Shown one piece after another: positions 11,701-21,472 of a stretch of DNA of 64,000 nt (positions are counted from its first letter, which is position 1; each line of letters begins with the position of its first letter). A program made the position numbers and the translations under genes. The stretch lies in the NCBI GenBank assembly GCA_048937405.1, contig JBHLNF010000004.1:160001-224000 (forward strand). Direction: 5' to 3'. A model generated the notes under the pieces. That model ran no database searches. It was not told the origin of the DNA and saw only the letters and a program-made list of their open reading frames with translations. Origin of the DNA: Promethearchaeota archaeon. GTDB taxonomy: Archaea; Asgardarchaeota; Lokiarchaeia; Sigyniarchaeales; SOKP01.

Positions 11701-12283
11701 CCGTATCAATATTAGTATCTACAGATGCATTTACTCCTGCTGAAACAGATGCGGATGTAATACTGTAATCTGACATATTTACTGATAATGAAAAATTGAG
11801 TTCCCACTGCACACTTGGCACTTGATTTGCATTATGATCATCCCAGGAATGTTCTGCTCTAAAACCTTCACCAGCAACATTGTTACTATAAGTGGGATAA
11901 ACTGGAAAATCTGGATGATTTGATTTTACCCAACTAGAATCCATATGATATTTTTCCTCAAATGTAAATCGATCCTCATAACCTAATAATTCATAATTTG
12001 CTTGTCCCCCACCTATATATGCATTAACATCATTTGGATCTCCTGATGTACCTTTTGATGAACTCCAATTTTCAGTAGAAGAAAAATCACCATTTGCAAT
12101 CCAATCTTTTGTATGTGTTACTTCACTTACTCCTGAATTATGTAGATCGGTAGTAGTATAATTCTTAACCAAAGCATTGTTTTTTAAATTCATTAAAGGA
12201 GTTTGCACAAATAAAGAACAAAACGTTAAAATAATAAGAATTAAACTTAATTTAGCTTTTTTCCATTTCATTTTAATGACCAT
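8762..12283 (-). CDS. Large surface glycoprotein with signal peptide, tandem Ig-like repeats, C-terminal TM and basic cytoplasmic tail
   Basis: Signal peptide, many NxT/S sequons, about 101 aa repeats, TM 'WLVYTLIGAIGSLVVLFTLY' followed by 'HFKYPPMVRKIRKLKKK'. Confidence 0.85.
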   Translation of the reverse strand: MVIKMKWKKAKLSLILIILTFCSLFVQTPLMNLKNNALVKNYTTTDLHNSGVSEVTHTKDWIANGDFSSTENWSSSKGTSGDPNDVNAYIGGGQANYELLGYEDRFTFEEKYHMDSSWVKSNHPDFPVYPTYSNNVAGEGFRAEHSWDDHNANQVPSVQWELNFSLSVNMSDYSITSASVSAGVNASVDTNIDTVGDGIDSNTARSGGPAVDTYSVGDYIRFYVSISNLQKTKTYEIAYTQSDTLGYGNAGSTDTLAQQLMSTVSQADLIYYLSSVLDTDYRNFTLIVGIRFNCEDNIAADFDYDDFDRAVINSINLTFTYEKKIDQLTSVSWNQKGDKFSDITTNPLVINEAKLNFTYQVNDTFPKSLSPNSEIRIWINEFQHTETVKLWTAETTPQNASDNGFDVTGLIRLVDNDENINVSIELYIADNFGLNRTIKFSIDDIYLNITYIEDVTNMETRLKLFLDGMDMSNYPDPIISIPLGEKLNITVKYTNLTGDYIPSANIDLEGKVSGVFDPDPSLEQYNITINTDELGIGVTVLSVMAQKTFYDTNQTQFFVEVTERETELLLLLNGNPTDDGEIFNAQVDESVNVTVYFRDNETKQHLPDATVDLVGWDQLNETNGQYYNITINTNDLDQGINPFTIFAQLINYTTNSINFFIEIFDRETELLLLLNGDPKNDGDSIEVEIVDSINITVYYRDNITKQHLPNATVNLLNWDTLNETNNKYYNITIDAKDLDQTITILTIFAQKDNYKSQIIRFYIEVIERETELLLFLNGDLKSDGDTIQVEIDDQINITIFYRDNNTKVHLPNATVSLINWDTLNETNNQYYNITIDALDLNQGISSLTIFAQKANYQPKSIQFFIEVTERNTILQLFLNSEEKTLDPVFNLTIGEKLNITVKYLTQAELYVPNAVVQLLGDDISVNLTRDDVLHQHYIEIDTTELKFGVNLFSIIARSINFKIQTIKPIITINKIHTLINVTSQISAKPGDDAILEITLIDIDFGGTILNTTVTYKWAFGQGELVDLYNNGTYIGILENVPEGTYSIIITAFGIEKYDFETKEITLIVTKPTTEPGPDLTWLVYTLIGAIGSLVVLFTLYQTHFKYPPMVRKIRKLKKKVKKSKRIKPIIVDKRDEIISKEIQKQIKTVEYEMIQPEQVDKIEKVITKDGGEN
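9380..10900 (-). repeat. Intragenic tandem repeats of about 303 nt/101 aa (about 5 copies, the middle three most similar)
   Basis: Recurring 'RETELLL.LNG...INITVYYRDN.TK.HLP.ATV.L..WD.LNETN..YYNITI'; near-identical DNA at about 9775-9860 and 10080-10165. Confidence 0.85.
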
Positions 12284-12433
12284 ATAAATTAATATTTAGT
12301 TTTATAAATTAAGAATATAGAATATAGCTTCGATAAATACAGAATAATAATAGTAATTCTTTAATATAAAATATTATATTTTTAAAAAATAAATATCTGA
12401 AATACTCAAGTGATATAAAGGAGATTTTTTTTT

Positions 12434-13237
12434 TTAAAAGATAGATTTTGAAAAACCGCCATCTACTTGGATAACAGTTCCCGTTATATAACTAGCCTTT
12501 TCTGAGGATAGAAATACTACTAAATTAGCAAATTCCTCTGGTTTCCCTAATCGTCCTAGTGGAATAGGCTCTATCCAAGTTTTCTCAACTTCTGAATAAG
12601 TCTGTCCAGTATCTTTAACTGTTGTAGTGATTAACTCTTTCATACGATCTGTAAGTGTTGGACCAGGACAGACAACATTCACTAAAATATTATCCTTTCC
12701 ATATTCATTAGCAAGAGTTTTTGCAAACCCTACAACACCCAATCTTGTTGTATTTGATAAAACTAGATTATTTAAAGGTTCTTTAACGGAAACTGAAGTA
12801 ATTGCGATAATCCTACCCCCATTTTGTTTCTTCATTATTGGAATGACCATATAAGTTATATAAATAAAAGAACGGAGGTTTAAATCAATCGAATTTGACC
12901 ATTCATCTTTAGAAATTATATCAATGGGTCCTGAAGGAGGACCACCAGCATTGTGTACTAAAATATCAATTCTCCCAAATTCTTCTAATGTTTTATCTAC
13001 AAGAATTTTTATCTGATCTTCATACATTAAATCAGTAACAATGTAATAAACTTTATTATTCAAGGCAACTGAATAAGAATTTTCTATTTTTTCCTTTGCA
13101 ATCTTTAAATTTTCTTCAGAACGACTACAAATTACCACATTAGCGCCTTCTTGATATAATCCTTTAGCACATGCAAAACCTAATCCTTTACTCGACGCTA
13201 AAACAAGAGCTACTTTTTTTTCTAACCCTAAATTCAT
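12434..13237 (-). CDS. SDR family oxidoreductase (FabG-like)
   Basis: ASSKGLG Rossmann motif, NAGGPP, VNVVCPG, SYITGTVIQVDGG; catalytic YxxxK replaced by SNTTR. Confidence 0.9.
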   Translation of the reverse strand: MNLGLEKKVALVLASSKGLGFACAKGLYQEGANVVICSRSEENLKIAKEKIENSYSVALNNKVYYIVTDLMYEDQIKILVDKTLEEFGRIDILVHNAGGPPSGPIDIISKDEWSNSIDLNLRSFIYITYMVIPIMKKQNGGRIIAITSVSVKEPLNNLVLSNTTRLGVVGFAKTLANEYGKDNILVNVVCPGPTLTDRMKELITTTVKDTGQTYSEVEKTWIEPIPLGRLGKPEEFANLVVFLSSEKASYITGTVIQVDGGFSKSIF

Positions 13238-13255
13238 AATTATTGTCCCTTTTAT

Positions 13256-13423
13256 TTACTTGATTTTCAAATTATTACTGAACAAACCACATTTACGAAA
13301 ATAGTGATTACATCTAATACAATTTTCCGCGTCCAAGCAGTCTTTCGCTATTGGACAAATTATATTATTTTTGTCTAATTTTATCATTACTCGGTGTAAT
13401 CGTTTTTCTATATTATTTCGCAT
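13256..13423 (-). CDS. Small Cys-rich protein (55 aa), not in the ORF track
   Basis: MRNNIEKRLHRVMIKLDKNNIICPIAKDCLDAENCIRCNHYFRKCGLFSNNLKIK; five Cys; stop 18 nt upstream of the SDR start. Confidence 0.55.
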   Translation of the reverse strand: MRNNIEKRLHRVMIKLDKNNIICPIAKDCLDAENCIRCNHYFRKCGLFSNNLKIK

Positions 13424-13611
13424 TGAAATAAACCTTTCTTAAAATTCACTAATTATAATTATTCATACAAAAAATAATAATTTCCTTATTTTCCTATGAA
13501 AGATTTTAAAAGGATAATTTTATAAATTCAAATAGTTATAATAGTTTTAAAGATTGAAGAATATATTATTAAATAAAGAAATAAAATTCTAAAATTTTAT
13601 AGAAAAGGTGT

Positions 13612-14073
13612 ATGAGCATTAGTATTGACACAAAAAGTTTCGACAATATTCTCAGCAAGATTATAAAGAGCGAAAGTGGTATTAAAAAAGTTATTTTGGT
13701 TGATAGAACAGGATTAACTATTGCTAGTGTCTCGAAGTTTTCCTATTTCCCCGCTGATGTAGATGGTATTGGAGCAATTGCCAGTGCAGTATTTTGTGCA
13801 TCAGAAGAACAAGGAAAAAATCTAGAACTTGGAAATTTAGAGATTGTAACTTCCGAATTTAGTGGGGGAAAAATCTTTGCTTCAAGCTGTGGACCTAAAG
13901 GAGTACTCACACTCATCTCAGATCCTGACATCAACATTGGTTTAATTAGACTCATATTGAAAAGGTCGGGAGATGAATTAAAGGATATATTGGATGAATT
14001 CCTATCAGAAACTGTAGAAGTTATGGATAGTGGTTTGGATCTATCTGATCTTGACTCTTTGACACCTGATTAG
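13612..14073 (+). CDS. Roadblock/LC7 (MglB/LAMTOR-like) protein
   Basis: 'ILVDRTGLTIAS...IGAIASAVF...EFSGGKIF...GVLTLISDPDINIGLIRL'; acidic tail. Confidence 0.9.
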   Translation: MSISIDTKSFDNILSKIIKSESGIKKVILVDRTGLTIASVSKFSYFPADVDGIGAIASAVFCASEEQGKNLELGNLEIVTSEFSGGKIFASSCGPKGVLTLISDPDINIGLIRLILKRSGDELKDILDEFLSETVEVMDSGLDLSDLDSLTPD

Positions 14074-14354
14074 GAAGTACAAAAATTTAATTTTTCTTTA
14101 CTAATCTTCTTTAAAGAATTTAGATTCATCCTTAAATCATATTTATCGAAAAACAATATTTATCATTTTTTAGTATAATTCATTTAAATCATTAAGCAAA
14201 AGTTGAATATATAAAAAGTTCAGTTTTAAATCTTAAAAAAATTTAAATATATATTTATCTGTTTAAAAATTAAATTAGAATTTCTAATATATAGCGAGAT
14301 CACATACAAAAATAACTCTATTGTTATATATAAGAAAAATGGGATGAAATTCAA

Positions 14355-15314
14355 TTGGAAGAATCTCAGATCTTTTATAAAAAGAAGAAAGAGTCTAAAT
14401 ATGGACCATATAAGATTTTATTTACAGGATTAGATGGGGCGGGAAAAACAAGCATAATTTTAACTCTTGGAAGACAATTATCAAAAATAAGTAAAATTGA
14501 ACCAACTAAAGGGGCGCAAAGAACAAGTTTTAACTTATTAGGAAGAGAAATAAGTGAATGGGACTTAGGAGGGCAAAAGAGTTATCTTATTTCATACTTA
14601 AAAAGACCTAGTAAATTCTTTGATAAAACAGAAATTGCGATATATGTGATAGATATATTAGATGATTCTCGAATAATTGAATCTATAAGCTATTTATATG
14701 ATGTTATTAAGAAGTTTAAAGAATTGAAAATCTCTCCTCCCCTCAATATATTTTTCCATAAATATGATCCTCAATTAATAAATAACCTAACACTCAAAAA
14801 TCAAATCGACGAAGTAATGAAAGAAATACAGGAAACCGTAGAATATAAAAACATTTTTTTCTTTCACACATCTATATATGATCCTTATACACTAATGAGT
14901 ACTTTCTCTAAAATTTTATTAGAATTATATCCAAAATCAGAGTTAATTCAAAATACTATTGAAGAATTTGCAAAAAAATTAGATTGTGATGGATTAATTA
15001 TAATAGATAAAAATTCAATTATTTTGGGTTCCCATTTTAAAGATGATGATTCCAAAGAAATATTAAGTAAAACTATTGCTTATTTTCTAACTCTAAATGA
15101 TGTATTTGTTGAGATGAATTTAGAAGAACAGAAAGATCAGATAATAGTTAGAAAATCACAAAATCACTTTTTATTCAAACCAATTATATTCCAAGAAGAT
15201 AAGATATCATATTATATGCTTATCCTGAAAAGACATAATGCCTTCGATCTTTATTTCATGAATAAAGATTTTTCTGCATTTGCTAATGTTTTCAAGGATA
15301 TCATTTTAAATTGA
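14355..15314 (+). CDS. Arf/Rag-like small GTPase with C-terminal roadblock-like domain
   Basis: GLDGAGKTS, PTKG, WDLGGQ, HKYD (Rag-type G4), TSIYD; C-terminal 'GLIIIDKNSIILGS'. Confidence 0.85.
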   Translation: MEESQIFYKKKKESKYGPYKILFTGLDGAGKTSIILTLGRQLSKISKIEPTKGAQRTSFNLLGREISEWDLGGQKSYLISYLKRPSKFFDKTEIAIYVIDILDDSRIIESISYLYDVIKKFKELKISPPLNIFFHKYDPQLINNLTLKNQIDEVMKEIQETVEYKNIFFFHTSIYDPYTLMSTFSKILLELYPKSELIQNTIEEFAKKLDCDGLIIIDKNSIILGSHFKDDDSKEILSKTIAYFLTLNDVFVEMNLEEQKDQIIVRKSQNHFLFKPIIFQEDKISYYMLILKRHNAFDLYFMNKDFSAFANVFKDIILN

Positions 15315-15377
15315 AATTTTGAGTTTGAAATATAAATATTAATAAAATTTATCAACAACTACAATCTAAAGAAATTT

Positions 15378-16328
15378 ATGTCATTTGATTTTGTAAAAAA
15401 ATTAGATTTTGAATCGGAATTTTTCAATCTTTATAAAATTTCAGAAAGTGCATATGCTGCAATTTGTAAAGATTTCAATTCTCCTATGAGATCGAATGCG
15501 GGTTTTATAGATATCGAAGATTACTTGATAATTGTTGATACTACTTTAAGTGTAGAAGCAGCTAAAGATCTTATAAAAGCAGCTACTCAATTTACTCAAA
15601 AAGAACCGAATTTTATTGTTATAACTCATTTTCATTTAGATCATATAATGGGAAATTCGCTATTTAATGTATCAACACAAATAATGACATCAGATCGAAC
15701 TCTCAAAAATCTTCAAACAGAAGGCAGAAAAAGAGTCGAAGATATAAAGAAGATGGATCTTCAAAAACTTGAATCCTCTCTTAATAAAATTACAGATGAG
15801 TTACAAAGAAGAAGGGCGGAATTTGAATTATCTATTGCAAAAACTATTCAGTCAGAGGGTTTTTGGATTCGAGAACCAAATATAACTTTTAAAACAGGTT
15901 GTGTTATTCATGGAAATAATAAGAATGTTCACTTAAGAACGTATCAGAAAGCACATACAGATGGAGATGTTATAGTATATATTCCTGAGGAAAAAGTACT
16001 TTTTACTGGAGATCTTTTGTTTGCGAGGTCTGATCCTTGGCTAGGTTCCGGAGATCCTGAAGGGTGGATTTCCTTAATTGAGGAGTTACTCGAAATAGAT
16101 TTTAAGATTGCTGTACCCGGACATGGAGATTTAGCAACCAAGGAAGAATTTTCTCTTCAAAGTAAGTACATTAGGGAGATCCTTGATTTAGTGAAAAAAA
16201 AGATTGATGCTGGAGAAGATCCAACTAAGATAAAAAAAGAGGATTTCTCTGAGGAAATACGACCATTGGTAAGCCCAATGTTTGGACGGAATATCGATTT
16301 CCTTGCGGAATTTTTAAAAAAATCCTAG
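15378..16328 (+). CDS. MBL-fold metallo-hydrolase
   Basis: THFHLDHIMGN, AHTDGD, FTGDLLF, VPGHG. Confidence 0.9.
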   Translation: MSFDFVKKLDFESEFFNLYKISESAYAAICKDFNSPMRSNAGFIDIEDYLIIVDTTLSVEAAKDLIKAATQFTQKEPNFIVITHFHLDHIMGNSLFNVSTQIMTSDRTLKNLQTEGRKRVEDIKKMDLQKLESSLNKITDELQRRRAEFELSIAKTIQSEGFWIREPNITFKTGCVIHGNNKNVHLRTYQKAHTDGDVIVYIPEEKVLFTGDLLFARSDPWLGSGDPEGWISLIEELLEIDFKIAVPGHGDLATKEEFSLQSKYIREILDLVKKKIDAGEDPTKIKKEDFSEEIRPLVSPMFGRNIDFLAEFLKKS

Positions 16329-16357
16329 TTTTTATTAATGTTAAATTGGAATTTCTG

Positions 16358-17404
16358 TTAAAAGGGTTTAGTTCCCTTTACAATTTTATAATAGCGATCT
16401 CGTTCTTCTCGTATAATCTTAAGATTATTTTGCAAATCTGTTAATAATTGTTTCATATTATCTTTTTCGTTAGTTAATCCCAATATTTTATCATTTAATC
16501 TTTTTATCTCAAGTTCTAATTCTGGAATTGTTCCACTCTCTCTTTTTGCTTTTAATTCTTGGAATTTTAAATTTTTATTAGTTTCCTTTAAATTTTCAAT
16601 TTCTTGCTTTAAAATCTCATTTTCCATTTTTATCCGTTGAATTTCCGATAATAATTGCTCAGCGCCTTTTTCAATTTCTATTGTATCACCTAATTTCGCT
16701 TTTAAATTATTGATTCTTTCATCTTTTTGTTCTAACGCCATTTTTTGTACATTTGTTAATCTAGTTAATTCTCTGTTTTTTGAAGTTAAGGTTGCATTAT
16801 ACTCATTTAAATCTGACATTTGGGTACTCCAATTTTCTAGTTTTGAGTATAATTCGGTAACTTCGCTTTTTAAAGCTTCTACATTTCGAAGATGCTCTGT
16901 TCTATCAGACACTAATAAAGATACTTTTTGAGCAAGATCATTTATTCTTTCTTTCTTTTCTCCTATATCTTGTTCAAGTTCTTCTCTTTCTTGCCAGTAT
17001 GCGTCGAGTTCACCTTTCTCTAATAATTCGAAGGATCTGCCAAATAACTCCTTAAATTTTTTTTCTTTTCTTTTAGGTAATAGTTCAAAAGCTATCCTTC
17101 TTACTTGTCCCTCAAAATTTCTTGGAAGGACATCTTCATCAGAAAGAAATACTGTAATTACATGATCCCCTTTCCCAATAAAATGTTTAGAGGAATGACC
17201 TGTAAAAAAACTCGCAACACTAAGATCACGTTTGATTTGCATTTCAAGATAATTTGGACCTGTTCTAACTCTTTTATGCTCATCAAAAACAGTTTCTAAC
17301 ATTGATTCTGTTACTCCTAATTCTTCACTTATATTTGGGGGATATTCAATATCTATGAAGAGCTCTGATTTTTTATCAAGATTTAGAATCACAATTCCTT
17401 TCAA
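16358..17404 (-). CDS. Longin/uDENN-like N-terminal domain plus long coiled coil
   Basis: 'MKGIVILNLDKKSELFIDIEYP' resembles the N-terminus of 7634-8761; C-terminal half has heptad repeats. Confidence 0.6.
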   Translation of the reverse strand: MKGIVILNLDKKSELFIDIEYPPNISEELGVTESMLETVFDEHKRVRTGPNYLEMQIKRDLSVASFFTGHSSKHFIGKGDHVITVFLSDEDVLPRNFEGQVRRIAFELLPKRKEKKFKELFGRSFELLEKGELDAYWQEREELEQDIGEKKERINDLAQKVSLLVSDRTEHLRNVEALKSEVTELYSKLENWSTQMSDLNEYNATLTSKNRELTRLTNVQKMALEQKDERINNLKAKLGDTIEIEKGAEQLLSEIQRIKMENEILKQEIENLKETNKNLKFQELKAKRESGTIPELELEIKRLNDKILGLTNEKDNMKQLLTDLQNNLKIIREERDRYYKIVKGTKPF

Positions 17405-17518
17405 GGTGTAAACCTATGATCTATTACTTTATTTTAATAGATATTTACAATAATAATATGTTCTTTTATATTATTTAAGATTAAAGATGGGATAACATCT
17501 TCAGTAATTATTCAAAAT

Positions 17519-19066
17519 CTAATTATAAATATGTGAAAACGTATCTATCGTCTTTAAAACGTCACTTGTTAAATAATTTTGCTTAAATGCTGAAGCAAAA
17601 AAAGCGCGATCTCCTGGATTGAAATAATTATAACCAAATTTATTCCAATCATGATTTGGTTGTAATGGTGCGAAAACACAGATTTGATCTTTTACTAAGG
17701 TCATTAATAATATATTTCGTTCCATTTTAGTGTTATTGGATAATGTGGTTATTAATATATCATCACTAAATTCATCCCAAGAATCTTTAAACTGAATGCA
17801 AAATTGTTTAATGTCGAATTTATTGTCTACTATAAGTTTTGCTAGGGATATTATGGATATATCATAAGTGCTTTCTTTATTTTGTTGATATAAGGGATTA
17901 GAAACAATTATACTTGGCATTGTTTTTTTTTCCTTCTGATTTTGAGGGGTACTATATTCCGGTAAAATTTTTAATTGATTAAGTCCAAGGATATTTCTGA
18001 CGTCATGAATATTCCCCCCAGTATCGAAAAATTGTTTATTAATTATATATTTAATGAGCTTTTGAGCATGCATATCTCCAAAATATGGATAATCAGAAGC
18101 ATAAAGGAGATATTCTGACCAAGTACGATTATCTACATTCTTCTTATTTTTAGATTGAAACCATCTTCGAAAACTCTCAAAAAAATTCCCAGCACCAGCT
18201 CCGTGCAACATTGAGAGATCACCATAAGTATTTGGTTGAACAATAGTATCATATACTTCATAGTCATCAATATTCCCTTGAGCAAAATGGGCAATTATAA
18301 CTTTAAAATGAGGTAATAAATCCGGAAAATTAGACTTAATTACATTTCTGGCGGATCTAATTAATTTTCCAATTTCTAAAATTGATCCCCTTCCTCGAGT
18401 ATCAAAAATAACGGGCAATGAATAACTAGCGGCTTCAATAAGAACATTTATAACTTTTTCAGATGTTATTTTATCAATATATCCTTCTGATCTTGGATGT
18501 AATTTTAATCCCCTTAATCCTAACTGTTCTCTAATATACTTTACTTCATTTACTGCTTTTTCCCCTTCCATTGGATCACAGCGACCATATCCTATTAATT
18601 TCATTGAAAAAGGAAATCTTGTTGTAAATCGAGAAATATTTATATTGCTTGCTCTATATAAAGCTTCTGGACGTTTATCTCTAAACACATCTTGGAAAGG
18701 AAAACAAACACCTTGATCTATAAATGAATAGAACTTAGATTTTTCTTTTAAATCAGAATGTCTTTTTCCTAGTCTTTCAAGTTCACCATAAAGTCTATCA
18801 GTGAACGGAAAAGGTGTAAAAGACCAAGATATTTTAGTAAATTTTCCATCCATAGTGGTTGTAAAAGATTGTTCACCAGTTTTTTCCCAATCTGCTTTAA
18901 TTCTACCTTGAACGTTCCCCCAAAAATCAAATGTTCCTGCACCCGGAGCTAATGGATTCATCATAGTCGCTCCGTCCACATCTTGACCTAAATGAGAATG
19001 GGCATCAATAACAATTAGATTCTCTTTCCATTTTTTACCATCTTGCTCTATTATACACGTCAGCAT
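17519..19066 (-). CDS. Amidohydrolase family protein (Amidohydro_2-like)
   Basis: IDAHSHLG, GLRGLKLHP, IIAHFA, LLYASDYPY. Confidence 0.85.
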   Translation of the reverse strand: MLTCIIEQDGKKWKENLIVIDAHSHLGQDVDGATMMNPLAPGAGTFDFWGNVQGRIKADWEKTGEQSFTTTMDGKFTKISWSFTPFPFTDRLYGELERLGKRHSDLKEKSKFYSFIDQGVCFPFQDVFRDKRPEALYRASNINISRFTTRFPFSMKLIGYGRCDPMEGEKAVNEVKYIREQLGLRGLKLHPRSEGYIDKITSEKVINVLIEAASYSLPVIFDTRGRGSILEIGKLIRSARNVIKSNFPDLLPHFKVIIAHFAQGNIDDYEVYDTIVQPNTYGDLSMLHGAGAGNFFESFRRWFQSKNKKNVDNRTWSEYLLYASDYPYFGDMHAQKLIKYIINKQFFDTGGNIHDVRNILGLNQLKILPEYSTPQNQKEKKTMPSIIVSNPLYQQNKESTYDISIISLAKLIVDNKFDIKQFCIQFKDSWDEFSDDILITTLSNNTKMERNILLMTLVKDQICVFAPLQPNHDWNKFGYNYFNPGDRAFFASAFKQNYLTSDVLKTIDTFSHIYN

Positions 19067-19303
19067 CTTGTTTTCTAAAATTTTTGTTTTTTTTTATTTT
19101 CTTATTTATACCAATAATTGTTTTTAAAACTAAAAAATGTAATAGATAAAAGGATATTTAAAATAATTCCTTGATCTTAAAAGTTATAAGAATTGTGCTT
19201 TAAAATGATAAATTCTTCCATAATTTTAATTTAATCTAAAATATTTTCTGGTGGTCGAATCAAAACAATCCTTTTTAAAATAAAAACCATTTCTTTTTAT
19301 TAA

Positions 19304-20599
19304 ATGAACGTCCCTGCAATAATATTTATCTTGTTTTTATTTGCACTTTTGATGGCTTTTTTTTCTCAAGATAAATTTGACTATTTTCCTGTTGCATTGA
19401 TTATAGGAACCATCGCAGTAATTTCAATGCTAGCGTTTACTGATGTTGAAGAGGCAGAAATTATTGGATTTGTCAATTTCAATACTCTTATTTTTATTTT
19501 TGCTATGCAAATAATCATATATTTTGCAGTTAATGACCGAGTTTTAGAATATACTGCAATTAAATTGGTTCATATTACGAAAGGTAACAATCGGTTATTT
19601 TTTTATATGATTTGCCTATTTACAGGTACAATAGTTGCTTTTATAGAGGATTTAACTCTTTCATTAATAATGGTTCCCTTAATCTACAGGACATGTCGAG
19701 TTTTAGAGATACCTGCTGGGACTTATATGATGGGGATGACCATTACTATAAATATTGGCGCAATTCTCACACCTATCTCAAGCCTCAAAAATTTAATTAT
19801 TAGTAAAGAATTCGGATGGGGATTTGGTAAATATCTTGCTAATATGGGCATTTTATTTATAATTACGTTAGTATCTACCATCTTTCTGATAGATAGGTTG
19901 ATCTTAAGGAAAGAAGAAAAACCAACTGAACGAAATAAGGTGATATTATTGGAAATATTAGAACCTGAAATTGTTATTGAAAATAAAAAGTACTTTTTGA
20001 CAACAATTATTATTGTTCTAATAACATTTGTGTTTATGATCATTGGTTTCGAACCTGCTCTTGTAGCAATTATATCTGCTGCTGTGCTGTTGATTTTTCA
20101 CTCCAAGAATATTAAATTTTCAGATCTTAATAATGAAATCTCTTGGCGAATCATCATTATTTTTGCTATTTTGTTTATTCTTGCCAATTCTTTATCAAGA
20201 TTTGGCTTTTCTGATTTGATCGCTACAGGATTAGTAAATATGTCTAATAATAACATTTATCTTGCTGTGTTAATTGTATTAAGCCTATCAACTCTTTTAT
20301 CAGCATTTCTAGCAGGTACACCTGTTACCATCATTCTACTCCCGATTTTTTCAGCGATCATAGGGACAGGTTTTTTTCCTAATCCCATTATTATTGCTTT
20401 CATAGGGGGTGTTAATTTAGCAGGTAACTTTTTACCTCAAGGTTCTGCATGTGATCTTCTCACCCTTAACTTAGCTAAAAAATACAATGTTGCAAATTTG
20501 GATTACAAGCGTTTACTAATAAATGGTGCCTTTTTTGCAACGATACATTTCTTTATTATTTTAGGATATACAATGCTTTACACTTTATTATTAAGCTAA
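19304..20599 (+). CDS. ArsB/NhaD/SLC13 (IT superfamily) permease
   Basis: Multi-TM; 'NIGAILTPISSLKNLII' and 'NLAGNFLPQGSACDL'. Confidence 0.8.
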   Translation: MNVPAIIFILFLFALLMAFFSQDKFDYFPVALIIGTIAVISMLAFTDVEEAEIIGFVNFNTLIFIFAMQIIIYFAVNDRVLEYTAIKLVHITKGNNRLFFYMICLFTGTIVAFIEDLTLSLIMVPLIYRTCRVLEIPAGTYMMGMTITINIGAILTPISSLKNLIISKEFGWGFGKYLANMGILFIITLVSTIFLIDRLILRKEEKPTERNKVILLEILEPEIVIENKKYFLTTIIIVLITFVFMIIGFEPALVAIISAAVLLIFHSKNIKFSDLNNEISWRIIIIFAILFILANSLSRFGFSDLIATGLVNMSNNNIYLAVLIVLSLSTLLSAFLAGTPVTIILLPIFSAIIGTGFFPNPIIIAFIGGVNLAGNFLPQGSACDLLTLNLAKKYNVANLDYKRLLINGAFFATIHFFIILGYTMLYTLLLS

Positions 20600-20803
20600 A
20601 ACAACAGAGTGTAAACATTCTGATCTTTATATCTATTATGAGGATAAGGATCTATTTACTCTTATTAGATTTATAACAAAATTTAAACTACCATTATTTA
20701 AATTGAATCCAAGAAAAGATTTATAAATAAAAGTTAGTTATGACATAAATGATAAATCCAAAAAATTTACAAACTATAATTGAAATTAAAAGGAGGAATT
20801 GTA

Positions 20804-21433
20804 TTGTCTGAGGAATTAATAGATCTTATAATAGATTTATGTGAGAAAGAAGCTATAGACCTAGTTCAGAAAAAAATTGATGCTGGAGAAGATCCTTTAA
20901 AAATTCTAGAACAAATTAGAATTGCTATGGCTAAAGTTGGAGAAAAATTTGAGAGTAAGGAGTTCTTCCTACCAGATTTGATAATGTCTGGAGAAATTTT
21001 AAGACAAATCACAGAAATTTTGGAACCCAAGCTTAAAGCAGATATTAAGACCCAAAGTTTAGGAAAAATTGTATTGGGTACTGTTTTTGGTGATATACAC
21101 GACATTGGCAAAGATATTGTTAAATTTATGTTAGAATCTAATGGGTTTGAAGTTCATGATCTAGGTGTTAATGTTCCCAAAGAAAAATTTGTAGAAAAAA
21201 TAAAGGAATTGGATGCAAAAATAGTAGGTTTGAGTGGGTTCCTAACCCTAGCATATGATGCCATGAAAGAAACTATAGAAGAAATCAAAAATGCAGGTCT
21301 AAGAGAAAAAACAAAAATAATGATTGGCGGAGGACAAATAAATGAAGATGTAAAAAAATATGTGGGAGCAGATTCCTTTGGAAAAGATGCAATTGAAGCA
21401 GTAGCTTTAGCTAAAGAATGGATAAGTGAATAG
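20804..21433 (+). CDS. Corrinoid (B12-binding) protein, MtbC/MttC-like
   Basis: GDIHDIGKDIV B12 motif, cap domain 'FFLPDLIMSGE', IMIGGG; TTG start after GGAGG. Confidence 0.95.
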   Translation: MSEELIDLIIDLCEKEAIDLVQKKIDAGEDPLKILEQIRIAMAKVGEKFESKEFFLPDLIMSGEILRQITEILEPKLKADIKTQSLGKIVLGTVFGDIHDIGKDIVKFMLESNGFEVHDLGVNVPKEKFVEKIKELDAKIVGLSGFLTLAYDAMKETIEEIKNAGLREKTKIMIGGGQINEDVKKYVGADSFGKDAIEAVALAKEWISE

Positions 21434-21472
21434 TATTAGTCCTCAGTAGAGAATTTTAAGGAGGTAAAAATA

